A stretch of 64,000 nt of DNA from Chrysemys picta bellii. Its lineage: Eukaryota. A program made the position numbers and the translations under genes. A model generated the notes under the pieces. That model saw only the letters and a list, made by a program, of their open reading frames with translations, made no database searches and had not been told where the DNA came from. Shown in pieces: positions 1-13,107 of this stretch; within the stretch, counting starts at the first letter, position 1; each line of letters begins with the position of its first letter. The stretch lies in contig NC_088797.1 in assembly GCF_011386835.1 (NCBI RefSeq), forward strand, positions 102,424,001 through 102,488,000, in the 5' to 3' direction.

Positions 1-530
1 TTACTGTAAATGTTTCATTTTTAAGTTTAAAACATTGATTTTTTTTCAAAATCCAAACAATTTTACTGAAATTTAATTTTAATTAAAAAATTGGCTGAAT
101 TTAATGAAATTCTGTTTATCAGTTTTGTTTTTTCATTGCAAAACAATAATTAGGCTATTTGGTCTGCTCATATGACAACTTGATTCATTTAGAACTGGAA
201 TGCCTTTTAAAAGACTTGTTCATCTGTTAGTCCAGAAGAACAAAAGATTGTTTTCATGTACTCAATCTTTCATTCCAGACTGTCTTTGAGTCTTCCTGGT
301 GGATGTTGAAGTGCCACTTAAGGCACCGTTCGTTTGCATTTATACACTTCCACTGGCAACACCATATTCACTATTTAAAGATTTTCTGTGTCACACGAAC
401 GCAGACAACACAAGTTTGTTTTTTAATTTTTTTTTGTCAATTTGTTGTTCCTGATGATACTGTCAAGAGACTTAATGTTAAACTTGTGGTTTCTGAGGTT
501 TTCAATTATGGATGTTTTCAAACCATCTTA

Positions 531-1540
531 TGTTAGGCTATACAAAGCACACGGATCTTTTATAGAGAAGGCAAATACGCCGCATTTATTGAAAATACAA
601 TAGTTAGCATATGCTTTACACACACACTCTTCCCTGCCAGCTGATATTTATAGTTACCAGTCTGTTGTAGCTCGAGTCAATCTAATGGCCAGTTAGATTG
701 AGCACGAGTGAGGAGCTGGGCTCTGTCGGTCAGGATCTGATGCTCCGAGGCTTTGCAGGTCTGAACCCAGAGTTCCATGGCGAAACACCCCAGCGTTATA
801 GTTGTAATTTCCCATTTGAATCCATGCATTTTGCAATGTCATCCTGTAATCATTAGTCCTTAAGTGGTGTTAATCTTGGGGTTTTCTGCCGTTATCATTT
901 GATGGTTATTGTTGGGCTTCCCATAGTTATCTCCTATTTGTTGTCTTGCCTTCGGGAGTGCCTGCCTCACCTCTGAGGTCGTCAGTGCTGCTAACATGTT
1001 TAGCATCGGATACAATGGATGTTTTCTGATTGTCTCCTGGTCTTTCCAAGTATCTCACTTTTTCTTGACCATCTGGACATTTGTGATGGCTTTCACACTT
1101 TATCTTTTCCTGATGCATGCATTCCTCATTCACACAAACAATCTCTTACAGAAACCTTCAAAGGTATACAGACAGCAGTATTTTATATTCAACAGAATAC
1201 ATTGTAAATCAAGCCTTGCTAAATCTTACAACTAAAACAATTCACAATCGGGCTTCAGACCGTCAACGTTCCTCTAATCTCCTTAACATAGACACAATAC
1301 AAGCTCCTGTCTCTTACTTTCTAAACCTTAAAACAAATAAATGTATATTTAACTAGAGTGCCTAATTTGTAATACATATAGGAAACCATAATAGACATTA
1401 TAACTTATCCTAAAACAAAAGGTTGACCATAATCAGTCTGGTCTGTCATCCCTTACTGCTATTCAAAAAGGGTGGCTGGCAGGGTGAAATCAAATCATAC
1501 ATTAATTCTCATAGTACAATTATAAAATTCTGCTCCTACA
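531..1540 (-). mobile_element. Solo LTR (ERV1- or Gypsy-like), 1010 bp
   Basis: Termini TGTTAGG...CCTACA (TG...CA) flanked by a perfect 4-bp duplication CTTA (527-530 and 1541-1544). On the minus strand a TATAAATA (645-652) precedes AATAAA (585-590) near the LTR 3' end. No internal gag/pol. Confidence 0.8.
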
Positions 1541-4500
1541 CTTACATGTGACAGGCAAATTATTTTTAGCAGGGTCATCCATTTAAAAGCCCACAAAGTG
1601 GTATGTGAAGTTTCCCATTGATTTCTAGTAGATTTATGGGGACAAAACATTGCATCTAGAAATAGATGCAAAACATATCTACCTAAGGAAGGATTTTCAA
1701 AAGCACCTAGTGGGTCTTGGGTTTGTAAATCACTTAATCGCTTTTGAAAGTCACAGTTCTAGTGCACATGCACATGTATAAGGAATAAAATATAATTATA
1801 GCATCTTCCATATAAACTATATCCCAAAATAATTTTCCAGGCAAAATGATACATCAGTGAAATTAATTCCAACATTTTCTTGCTGTTTTGAGGCATACGC
1901 AAAGGGTGGAAGAAAGAGGTTTTCCTGTGAGATTTGTAAACAATGGAGAGTCAGTGATGTGGAGAAATAGGGTGATGTTCATTTGTCTGTGTATGCATGA
2001 GGAAATAAGCAGCACCAGGCGAGGCTCTTGCTTAGGTTTCATATGCATTAGGTAGAGTGGAGTCTTATAGTTACTGTGTCCACAGCCCAAACCTCTGCCT
2101 ATGCTAACAAGCTGTCCTGTGTACAACCTACAGAGGACTTGGGTAGCTCTAAACCTGTTCACTGGCTTTTATGATAAATAGAGAGAGGCATATCTATCGG
2201 ATTTCTTTTGGAGAAGAAGGATTTAGATGTTCTTTTGTGCTTGGAAGGAGGGTGTGACAGCTCTAGCCCTGTTGTTGGACAGAAATAAATGTAATGTCAA
2301 ATCTCCTATTTTTGGAGACTTTCAGATCTACCTCCTTGAAAGGAATCCGCTTATCTTTCCTCACAAAGGCTGCCGGAGAAGGGAGTGAGTCTCTGAACCC
2401 CTGTATGGTTTGGTTTGCCTCAAGGCTCTCCGAGCATGCCAGGAGAAAGAGACAGAGAGTGAGAAGCAGACTCTTGATAGTGGTACTTTCATGACTTTAT
2501 AGAAATAAGACATTTAACAATGCTCTTGTGCTATTTGACTTTCTTAAATAGAAAAGCAATGTCAGGATGAACGAATGTAAGTTATTGTCTGTAGCAATCT
2601 TTTACATGCTCCATCCTTGAAGGAGTGCTCATTTTGGGATTGGACCATGAGGCATTATCTGTCTAGTCCTCTGGTAAAGGTCATCTGCACTGAGGCTTTT
2701 TCTGTCCGTTTCTTCAATCTGAAATAAAAACTCTGGAGAAGACCAGAGATCATGCCAGAGAAGGAACATTAGAAAATTAACGGTTGTATGCTACAGGTGG
2801 GACAAACATTCTCCTGCTCCCATCTATATGGGAATAGTCATTTTCATGGGCATTATAAACAAGAAACGTCGACCTTGATCTTAGCAAGAGCAGAGCAACA
2901 AGTGGAATGTGAGATACAAGGCAAGATTCATCTGCAGCCTCAGCCCCCCAAATTCAGCAGGCAGACACACCAAGCAGCCTCAGAATAAGATGAGAACTTC
3001 AAATATCTCTAATGTGGGCCTAGTAAAGCAGGGATTTGCCATAAACTTTCAACTAGAAAGTTCACACTGTTGTCCTACCTTTGAATTGCAAGCAAAGCCT
3101 GCTTCATTATAGTTCCTTTCCTTTCCTTACGATGTCATTAACTTCCTTCTAAATCCCTCCCTCATTTGTTGATGTATTACACATAAATTGTCAAATAGCT
3201 TTGGGTAACTTTAATAAACATAAGCCCCGATTATCGGAAACCTGGTTATCAAAGTTTTGGATAATCTGAAATTCAGATACTTCCCCTGAATCAAAAATCA
3301 TATAGAAATTAAATTTAATCCCAAACTCTAGTTATCTGAATTCTTCAGAATGTTCCCCAACACATACAGTTAATCAGGATCATCAGTATGCTAGATAGAA
3401 GCATCCTGGTTTTATTCAGTTCAGGAAATATTTTAATAATAAATATTGTAGCATCGTAAATCAGTTGGATCCTACTAGAAGGGTTCTAAATATTCTCATT
3501 TTCTTCCTTTAACATTTACTCTTATGATCAATAGAAAGGATTTACCTTTCCCCCAAATTAGGTACTACTCACTGCTATGTAAAAGTGGTAAAATCAACTC
3601 CACAGATTTAGCACAATGGATACTATTTTTTTACCAGATTTTAAGAAGAATGACACATGGATTTAATGGGGAGTTCCTCTTTAAAACTGATGCCACAGTA
3701 TAGTTCCAGTTAAATATGTGCCAGCTGGCACACATTGTTCAGTTTGGTTTTGTTGAATGAAAGTTGATTTCACCAGTTATTTGGATTTTATGTACACTTA
3801 AACAATGAAGATAAACATGATAGCAAATTGTACTACTTCTTAAGCTACAGAGCATATAGTAAGTAATACATTTTCAATAAAAATCAGGACTGAAAAAATA
3901 AATGCAAAAAATGCTATTCTTGTATTGCTTACCCTTTACCATGATATATTCTGTTCAACCAGAGCATGTTTTCTTCTGTTGACAACATAAACAAATCAAA
4001 CATACTGTTGTATAGTAAGTATCTCCACAAAGTGACTTTTATTCTAAGCATCTTCCTCTTCTTTCTACTTTTATTACCAATTTTTTTGTTACTTACAACC
4101 TTTTCGACCTACTCTAACAACTATCTCAAGAAATTCAATTTGAACCAACTTCAGCTGCACAGAAATGCAGTGCAATTCTTGTGGCAAAACATAGCCTAGC
4201 CAGAACAAATAGTATAAAAATTACTTAAGACATTCTCCAACTCCTATTACAGTCAATGGGAGACTTTCCTTTTAGTGCAATAGATACTGGATCTATCCAA
4301 TAGCATGCCCTTAAAAGGGATTTTGCTTCAACAGAGCAATAATACAACACTTTGGACAAGGGGAGAGCAGGGAGAGCTGCCTGAATCAAAATAGAAATTA
4401 CTCATCCATATTGGTCCATACTTTTGTAATGTGCTCTCAGCTTGAAAAACTTCTGTCAATCACACTCAAGAACATGGAGCATGGCCCAAAGCACCTTTCT

Positions 4501-7280
4501 GACTAGTGTGGGTGCAGCAGGCTCCAAACTCAGCTCATTGTCCTTAACTCTCTACTGGGAAAGACATTTTCCTTTCTTAAAAAATCCTAAGCATCCTAGC
4601 CCCCTGTATTTTCCTGCTTGTATCATTATGGATGTTAGCCTGGCCCAGCCTACTTGAGCACCTCCTTCTTCTGGTTTTACTCTTGTTAGAACTTTTCTTC
4701 CTTCCTAGTTAACCTTCCTTTTGGGAACATTAACCTGCATTGGCATTGTGACTTATTTTGATTCTGATGTTGTGGTGGCTTTTTTTGTTTTTTTTAAATA
4801 TATATATATAATATATCTGAACTGCAACACAACCACTTTTAAGCTGAAATAAGTGTCTAGACATGACCTTTTAGTAAAATTAGTGTTTTATCTGATGCAA
4901 ATCTGTGTGTAAAAGGCCTACCAAAAACAGGTTTTGTGTCTTGTGTTTCATGTAAAGACATGACACCTGTTACTGACACCTATGTTCAGTGACTTTGGTA
5001 CCTAGGGAAAGGCTACAACATTGAGAAGTATCTGATCTGTCTCATCTTTTCCAAACAAATCTGCAAATATTTGGGAGTTCCAAAGAGCCTCATCCATTAA
5101 TAGGGGTCTCAAGGCCCACTCACGTGAGTTCAGTACTGTCTACTACTACCACCAGTGGGGAGTACTTGAATCACAAACAACTGGTTAATAAGTGTCTTCT
5201 GCCCTCCTCCCTCAAAGTAGCACACACACACACACACTTCCCAGCTCTTCAGTGTCAAGGAAGGTCAGTATGGGTGATGGTAATGTTAACTGTCAGTGCC
5301 AAGGACTGTGGTGGTTTCAGTGTCAGACCTTTGCCTCCAAGTCCTCCATCTCCAGTTCTGGGCCATAGTCTCATATTAATGCTTAATTCTTCATCTCAAT
5401 GCTTACTGTTTTTTCTCTGTTTAAATCAGTAGGGTTGCCTGGGATGTGCTGATTGAGTCAGTCAACATTACATGAAATACGATAGCCCTTATAGATCATC
5501 AGGATTTAAACATGATCTTTATATTCAACAAAGATGGTCAAAATGCCATCATGTTTTTCAGAGTCAAAGTTTTGAGTATTAAAATCTATCTAGAGAAGGC
5601 GTATTTTAGATTGAGATGGTGGCATGTATTTCATGAGAGTCTGCCCTGAGTCAGGTGTGTGTCAACTAACATTTAAAACTGTACTCTCCATTTTGATGGC
5701 TTTATATTTTGAAGCAAGACCGTGTAGCGCACTCAGTAATCTCCAAGTGAGGCTTATGGAGTGATAGTTGTTTATTATCTCATATTTGCTGGTTTATGCC
5801 ATTCGCATAAGCAGATAACAAAAGCACATTATGAGGTTTAGGTCAAAATCCCTTCAGTGGAAAGAGGGTCATTTCATACTTTCCCCTGTCTATGGAGTTC
5901 TGCCCACTTATTGCAGAGATTAATTTTCCTTTTCCTTGCATTTGGAAGTATATCATTAATTCCTTGTATCACAGCCTCTGCTGCAGTGGAGTTTTTCTTT
6001 CCTTCCTTCCTGATATGGTATTAACATATCTCTGAAATCTTTTCTGCCAGATTTACCACCCTTGTGACAGACTTCGGTATTAGCTGCTTATTTGGAATGC
6101 AAAATTTAAGAGGGGTATTATTTTCCTAAACCAAGTAACTTGGGTATATATATTGGCCTCTCTTCCCTATTTCCTCTTCCCAATGTTCTGTCTCTTTCAT
6201 TTCTCGAACTCATTATTTTTGTTAGAGAAAATATTGGCACTATGTGCATTTGCTTCAGCTGCTAAGTTTTTATTAAATGCACCAGAAAACCATCAATGTA
6301 TACAATTCTTTTCTATCATGCCCTGGAAACAGGATGTCCAGGGTTCTATAATTCATCTAGACACTAATGGACATCTTGTGTACTGTCATACATTACACAT
6401 GGTGTATAATGGAAAGTATAAACTTTCAGGATTATTTGATCCATTTTTTCTGTGTGCATTTGGAATGTATCAATATGAAAGAAAAGGCTTAGTATTACAA
6501 TAATTTCTGAATATTAAAGTAACCGCTACTTGGGGGTATACTGGCAATACCTAACTTATATTTTGTTGTCATTTCTGTAATTATTTTACCTCTTAAATCA
6601 ATACTTCAAGTGCTGATATTACATTTCCAGATGAGCTACAGTAGGAACTGTGAAAAGTACAATTTCCTCCCTGGTTTGAAGTGAGGGACTTTACAGGGAA
6701 GTGAACAAAATCTGCATTACAGTACAGAGTCTCTGGCAAAGAGGGACACGTAGGGCTTGCAGAAATCACTGCTCTCTCTAGCTGTCTGTACTAATTCCAA
6801 GAGTATCGCAGCACCCTGGGTAGATAAGACATCAGTATCAAAATAGCCATGCAACACTTAGTGCAGTGAAAACCCATAGACCTGACCTGCAACATGTCCT
6901 GACTATGCATCAAAAATTATGGCCCTGCTCTTGCAAATTGCTCTATGCAGGCAGATCCCTACACTCATTTAGTCTTCTCAAAACGATTTGGGCTCCATGC
7001 AGGCCCCCACGTGGAACAACTTGCACGAATAGGTCCTTTCTCTGTAAATATATACTGTGGTCATATGGTTTACACTATGTCATATAATACCTGTGCCATA
7101 ATATTCATATGCATAGCTTCATCTGATGTAACAGGGATTTCAGACCACTGCGGCCATGTGGACATCTGATTTCCTTTGTAAGTATATAAAACTTACAGCC
7201 AATGTAACTATCGATTAAGGTAAAAAACAGCACAATTATATGACAAGTATATTTATAATTGTCCACTACAGGATTTCTTG

Positions 7281-7372
7281 CACCTTCCTCTGAACCATTT
7301 AAGTTTTGGCCACTATCAGAGACAGGATACTGGACTAGATGAACTTGTCTCATCAGTATGATCATTTCTATG
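7281..7372 (+). mobile_element. Short 3' fragment of a CR1 LINE
   Basis: GCCACTATCAGAGACAGGATACTGGACTAGATG...TTTCTATG resembles the reptile CR1 3' UTR ending in a TTCTATG-like terminal motif. Recognised from memory of the family. Confidence 0.55.
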
Positions 7373-10300
7373 AATATTTCAAATATGAGAGAGTGCACCA
7401 GGGAGAATTCCCCCACAATTCCTTGACAAATTCAGAATTGAATAACAGTTATCAGTGTATTGGAGTCTCTCAATTCTGTTCTAAGCATTGTGGAGAATTA
7501 TGTCATCTGAGATGCCATGGAGAAGTAACTGTTAGCAGATCAAGACTCCTCATTGGCCAAACAAGGACAGGGCAGCTCCTCTGGGATTCTGTGAAGGTGC
7601 AGGACTGGGGCCAAAGAATCTGTGACTGCTTTATAAATGACTAAATGCAAATATACCCATTTACATTAAAACATAAAGAATCATTCTGCTGTGCACCTAA
7701 GCAGCATTTAAAATACAGCAATTATATTTTTGAAGTAGGCTTTTTCACATTGCAAGAAGAGATTATAGAATGCATAATTTATATGGTGTATTGTAGCATT
7801 TCCTTATTTCTAAATGCAGAACAAAACTGCTTTAAAAACAGCAAACACCAGCTGAAGGTTCGCATGGTTACACAACCTAATTATAAACATTCAGTGAGCT
7901 CCAAAAGCACAGCAAAGTAAATAAATGTTTCACACAGCTGAAAAATCCATCCTTTATAGTCATATATTTTAGTTTTGAAAGTAATTAAAAACAAAACACT
8001 CATTCTGGTCTGTAATTTAACAGATGTTGAGATTTTGTACCTTATAAATGGGAATATAGTTAAGGATAACAATATTGAAATCATAGCAATGAGTACTCTT
8101 TAAAAAAAATCCAGAAATTAACAATTTTTTATGAAAATTAAAAATCAGACTGTTACCCTTTTGTATTAGGAAAGAAATTATGTGGTGTTTTAAAAAAATC
8201 TGTTGTGTTTTGACTGTCACTTTTGTTAGAGAGTAGATCAGGACTGAAATGTGGTTTCCAATAAATCTGTATGCAGCATCTCTTTAATTCATTAGCAGAA
8301 GCAGCAGTAGCATATATTGCTACTCTTTACTTTGGTGTGAGTCACAAATATCCACTTGTGCTGCTGAATTACAGCCAGTGCTGGAGGTGGTATTTTTTGA
8401 GATAAACAATATTATCCACCAGAGACTGATACAAGATCATAAAAGTGATTTTTATTTATGGCTATTGACCTTCAGCTAGCTTGTCAGTATAATGTGTTCC
8501 TGCACTGGAAAATGCTGGATTTATTTTAACCTTGCTCTACGAAGTAGACTTGCCAAATACCCTTCCACTGAGCCACTGATACCATGCAGTAATTTTTGAT
8601 GCTTTGATTTATGTTTAGTTTTCTGATCACAATGGCTATGACAAAGCGAATACATATTATGCTTTTCCTAGAAGACCAACACATCTTTTGTATTAATATT
8701 TGTATTCACTTTATGTTGCTTCAATAGTAAAGCATCTATTCTGCAAAAGATGGCACTGTACTTAAACCATATACTTCACATCTGTTTAAAGCTTGGGTCT
8801 TTGAATGGTGCATGCTGCCAGTGGTCCTTACAACAACTACCTTGGAGAGCTGAATGCTTTAAATGATTTAAAACTGCTTCACACAGTATTGGTCTCTGAT
8901 TAATATCTTATTTGGCATTTGTAAAGTAACCATTTTAGACTAGGACAGACTAGTAATCATGTTCTGCTGGATCCACTTCCCATTTTGAGAAAGTGACAGT
9001 GAAAGTATCTTACCTCCAGCATAGCAGGCCTTTCATTCTGTGAAGTGGAAGCAGGACCAGAGTAATGGACCTGGCAGATATAATTTTCTTATCTTCCTTT
9101 GTTTCCTGAGCTGCTTTCCAGTCTTCTGGTAGCATTCTCATCCTCTTTGTAAAATAAACTGGTTTGATGGGTTGTAATTTTAGACAACATTCAAGTCCAT
9201 ACCTAGATGAGAAACAGTCTGTCTATGAAGACTAAATTGAAAACCTAAATATAAGATAATGGGTCATATAATGGACTAGTGTACATGAATATAGTTACAA
9301 TGGAACTATACCGGTTGACCTCATCTGAAGATCAGGCCCAGTATTTCCAAAACCCTTATGATTACATTTTCAGTCACTTATAACTACCCAGTCTTATCGC
9401 TGAAGAAAAAAAGTCAGTGCCCCTGAAGGCTCTGCCAGCCCATCAGCTGCTACCTAGGATGATGCCTGAGGAGAGGACAATTGAGGCTGACCAGCAGCAA
9501 GGAATGGGGAGTACATTTCGTTGTTTGCTGGTATCATTCTTTTTCTTGGGTTTTCTTTTCCACTTTTGTTTTTTACATAATTGTGAAAGGATTGCATATG
9601 TGTAACCTTTATTTGATTAAAAAAAAAAAACTGAGCTCTTAATGCCAAAATAAACACTGTTCAGAATAAACAAGTTAGTTTTTGAATCGAATGTATAATT
9701 TAGTAAAAATGAAGCCTCTTATCAAGACAACTCCCCATCTTCCATTACTGATCCATTGGCTGTCCTCTTTGCATGGTATTATTCTGGGCTCCAAGCTAGA
9801 AATTCCTTGCCTATGGCTTCTGCTGCTAAGTCTCTCTCTTTTATATTTCTCTAAATCATTTTGGTTTGGTATGTCAGTAATTAAATATAAATTAGCTAGC
9901 AAGTTTGATACAGCAGAAGTACACCAGCATGGCAAACCTCAAATATTCAGTTTGGTTAAGCCCTTTTTGTTACCCATAAGGGTCTCCCTGAAAGTCCTAT
10001 ACACCAAGCCCTCTTCTACAACTTAGATACTACCTGAGAACCTCATCGCAGCCTTCTCTCCCAAAGTTGGCACTGCTCCCTATATCATTTGAAGTCCTCT
10101 TTTCCTGTCCACCTTCCTCCAATTCTCACTCACCTTTCTTTGACACTAGATCCTGCTCTAACTATACTGGGCTTTGCATCAGGTCACCAACCTTAAATCC
10201 AAACTTTTCTCTCCTCCCTTTGAGTACAATTAACTTTCTCTCTATTGATTAATTTCTCCTTCTCTCTCTTGATTCTTCCACTTCCCTTTAATGCACAGTA

Positions 10301-11806
10301 GGCCTTCTTTCATTGCAAGTATCCTGCCAATTTCAGGAAAGGATCTCAGCAGTTTTAGTAACTTTTCACTGAGCCAGATAAGGACTTAAATCTTGTGTGC
10401 TCTTGGGGGGACTTCTCTTGGATAAGTTGCACCAGAAAGTATGCTGAGCTCTTTCTGACTTGAGGGAAGCCTTGAGCACATGAACTCTAAAGAGAGCAAC
10501 TGCCTCAGCAGAGACTGCCACCTCCAAAGACTTCATTATGAAATGGGCAGTGTATCAGCTCAGGTAGGAAGCCAGTTTATGGCTCAAAATTTAAGGGCCA
10601 AGTCTGCAGCTGGCACAAATCCACATAGATCAGTTGAAGTTAACCTCATCACATCCACTTACTAGACTTAGGGTCACAACCTCAGATATCTTTTGTTCCA
10701 GTGTTCATAGGTTATGCTCTATAAAACTATTTTTAAACTCTCTCTGAGAGATCTAATTTAGCATCCACTGGGGTAGGAGAGCTGTGCTCGTAAAATAATT
10801 TTATGCAGGAGGTATAAAGACTTGATACAGAGCCCATGATGATATTGGTAATCAACCTTGTGGATTGAGATTTCGTTACTAAATTCCTCTAGTACATGCA
10901 CACAGTGCTGTGAAACAACATGACATTAGTGTAACTGGTGAATCTGACTTTTCCACCTGCTTAATACAATTATAAGAAATGGTAACATGCTTCAGGAAAT
11001 GACATCACAATCCTTGGGAAATCAGATCTGTCTGAACCTACACCAAAGTTTCTACCAGTTTTCCACTATTACAATATATACAAAAAATGGGCAGCAAATT
11101 AAATTTTTGAAGCTACTTGTCTGTTTCCTACAATGATTAACAACAAACAGGGTGAGAAGGATTTATTTGTTTGGGGTTTGTTCCTTACTGTTCTTTTTGT
11201 ACTACTTTTATCCATCCAGTTCAATTTTACTTTTTTTATAGGATGAGCTTCTCAAGCAAATCTAATTTTAAATCCAGAAGTCTTAGGGATGTAAAGACCT
11301 TTCCTTGTTGGGTCTTTTAAGTTACTGAACAATTATATAGGATAGATTGTTAATTATACGACAATACTCAAATCTTTACAAGTGAAATTATAGTACAATA
11401 CTATTAACAGTTACTGTAATATTTCTTCAGTAAATCATCACAATTTTAAATGCAGCATTTATTTCCTTTCATTACACTGACTTAAAATTAGAGTAAAAAT
11501 AAACTTAATGGTTGTTGCCAATACTTTTGCACTTTCCTTCTTCTTGGCAGAATTTTTCTCTGAAATCTAACATGCGTTCTGGTGATTGACAATGAACTTT
11601 GTGCATATACATCCCTGTGCACCGTCCTGTTTAGTTATGTGACTCTGTCATTTATGAGGCAACATGAACCACTGTTGTAAAGCCCCACTGTTGATAGGGA
11701 TGAGTGAAGCTAGTGATAATTAGGGCTCCTAAGGTCAACTAGATATTTGGCTCCTTCAGTGCAAGCTCTTTTTGCTCATACTTCTTTTCCATCTGCAGAG
11801 CTTATA

Positions 11807-13107
11807 TGTCATTGTCCAGGTCAACTGAACCTACGTTCCCCTTCTATGGTTCAGCAAGGGCAACCACTCACAGGCTTCTGGCTCCCCAGCCATTGGGTGG
11901 AGACCCTCCTTTCTTTTCCTCATGACCAGGGGATTTCCAGGCTATTGGTTCCCTGTCTTCACTGTGTTATGCCCAGCAAGAGACAGTCTGCCTAAGCAGA
12001 CCTGCTTCTCTTCTCAGAGACTGTTAACAGAGTAATTGCTACAATTGTAAATTACCACACAGTTTTTTTCTAAGTGAGCATTTTTTATTCTTAAGGTAAA
12101 TGCAATGCAGATAAAACATATTAAAAATAATAAAAACTTGCATACATGCAAATAAGCTTACCAGGGATCACCCCTTCTAATGTAGGCTCTGGCAGGAGCA
12201 ATCCTTCAAAACCCCACCCAGGGTTTTCCAGTGGTTTTAGGTTCATCATACCCTTTGCTCATAACAGTCAAAACCAGTCTTCTGTGGCCTTGGTAGGCCA
12301 AAGTCCTTCAAACCTTTCCCTGATTGGGGGCCCTCCGTGGACTGGAGTATAGGTGCTGATTTTTTTCCCCCATTTATTTCTCCCTGGAGGTGCTCCACCC
12401 CCGCTCGGCCATGAGGCCCTGCCCCCTCCCCAAGACCTCTGCCCCCTCACTGCTCTCCCCCAAACTCCTCTACTAGCCACCGAACAGGTGATCAGCGCTG
12501 CCTCCGAACAGCTGATTGGTGCCACCCAACAGCTGCGATTAGTGGGTGCTGAGCACCCACTACTTTTTTACCATGGGTGGGGGGCTGGGACCAAAGCCCA
12601 AGCTCCATCTCTCCTGGCAGGGGACCAAAGCTGAAGTTCAAGGGCTTCAACCCCAGGCAGGGGGCCTGTAATCTGAGCCCTGCCGCCCAGGCCTGATGCC
12701 CTCAGGCATCAGCTTCAGCCACTGGCAGTGGGGCTTGAACATTTGGCTTCAGCCCCAGACCCCAGCAAGTCTTAGGCCAGCCCTGGTGACCCCATTAAAA
12801 CAGGGCTGTGACCCACTTTGGGGTCCCGACCCACAGTTTGAGATCCCCTGCTCTAGAAAATCTATTTTGAACCTTTGAAGAGACTGTGAATAGGTAATCA
12901 GCCAGACAATGAATCCACCCCTTCCTCGGGAAAAGTTTCAAAGGGCTGATAACCTGAGAAATTACATTAGCATATCCCCTCCTCCTATAGAAGGTGAATA
13001 CAATCTCACAATGACAAATAAACAATTGCATTTTTAAATACAATAGACCCCAAAGGTATTAAACTTATTTCAGTAAGGCTTATCCAGGACATGACATATC
13101 TGTCACA
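11807..13107 (-). mobile_element. Degraded LTR-like element interrupted by nested MITEs
   Basis: Begins TGTCA and ends ATATCTGTCACA. TTTATT (AATAAA on minus) near 12085. Interrupted by the GC-rich insert at 12348-12850. No clean target-site duplication found, and the left boundary is uncertain. Confidence 0.35.
12348..12850. mobile_element. Composite of two truncated hAT-type MITEs
   Basis: The left part starts TATAGGTGCTGA and contains GGGTGCTGAGCACCCAC. The right part ends GGGTCCCGACCCACAGTTTGAGATCCCCTG followed by CTCTAGAA, a Charlie-type terminus and target motif. The matching partner ends are missing. Confidence 0.55.

Noticed and set aside
1-150. AT-rich segment resembling the interior of the 37008-37417 element
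   Set aside because: Cut by the window edge, with no terminus or duplication visible. The similarity could be due to low complexity.
2294-2988. ORFs at 2294-2494 and 2788-2988 as possible host exons
   Set aside because: No recognisable domain and no convincing paired splice sites. Lengths are within chance expectation.
9320-9350. CATCTGAAGATC, containing a CUGAAGA hammerhead box
   Set aside because: No stem II hairpin followed by GAAA, and no closing stem I. Chance 7-mer.
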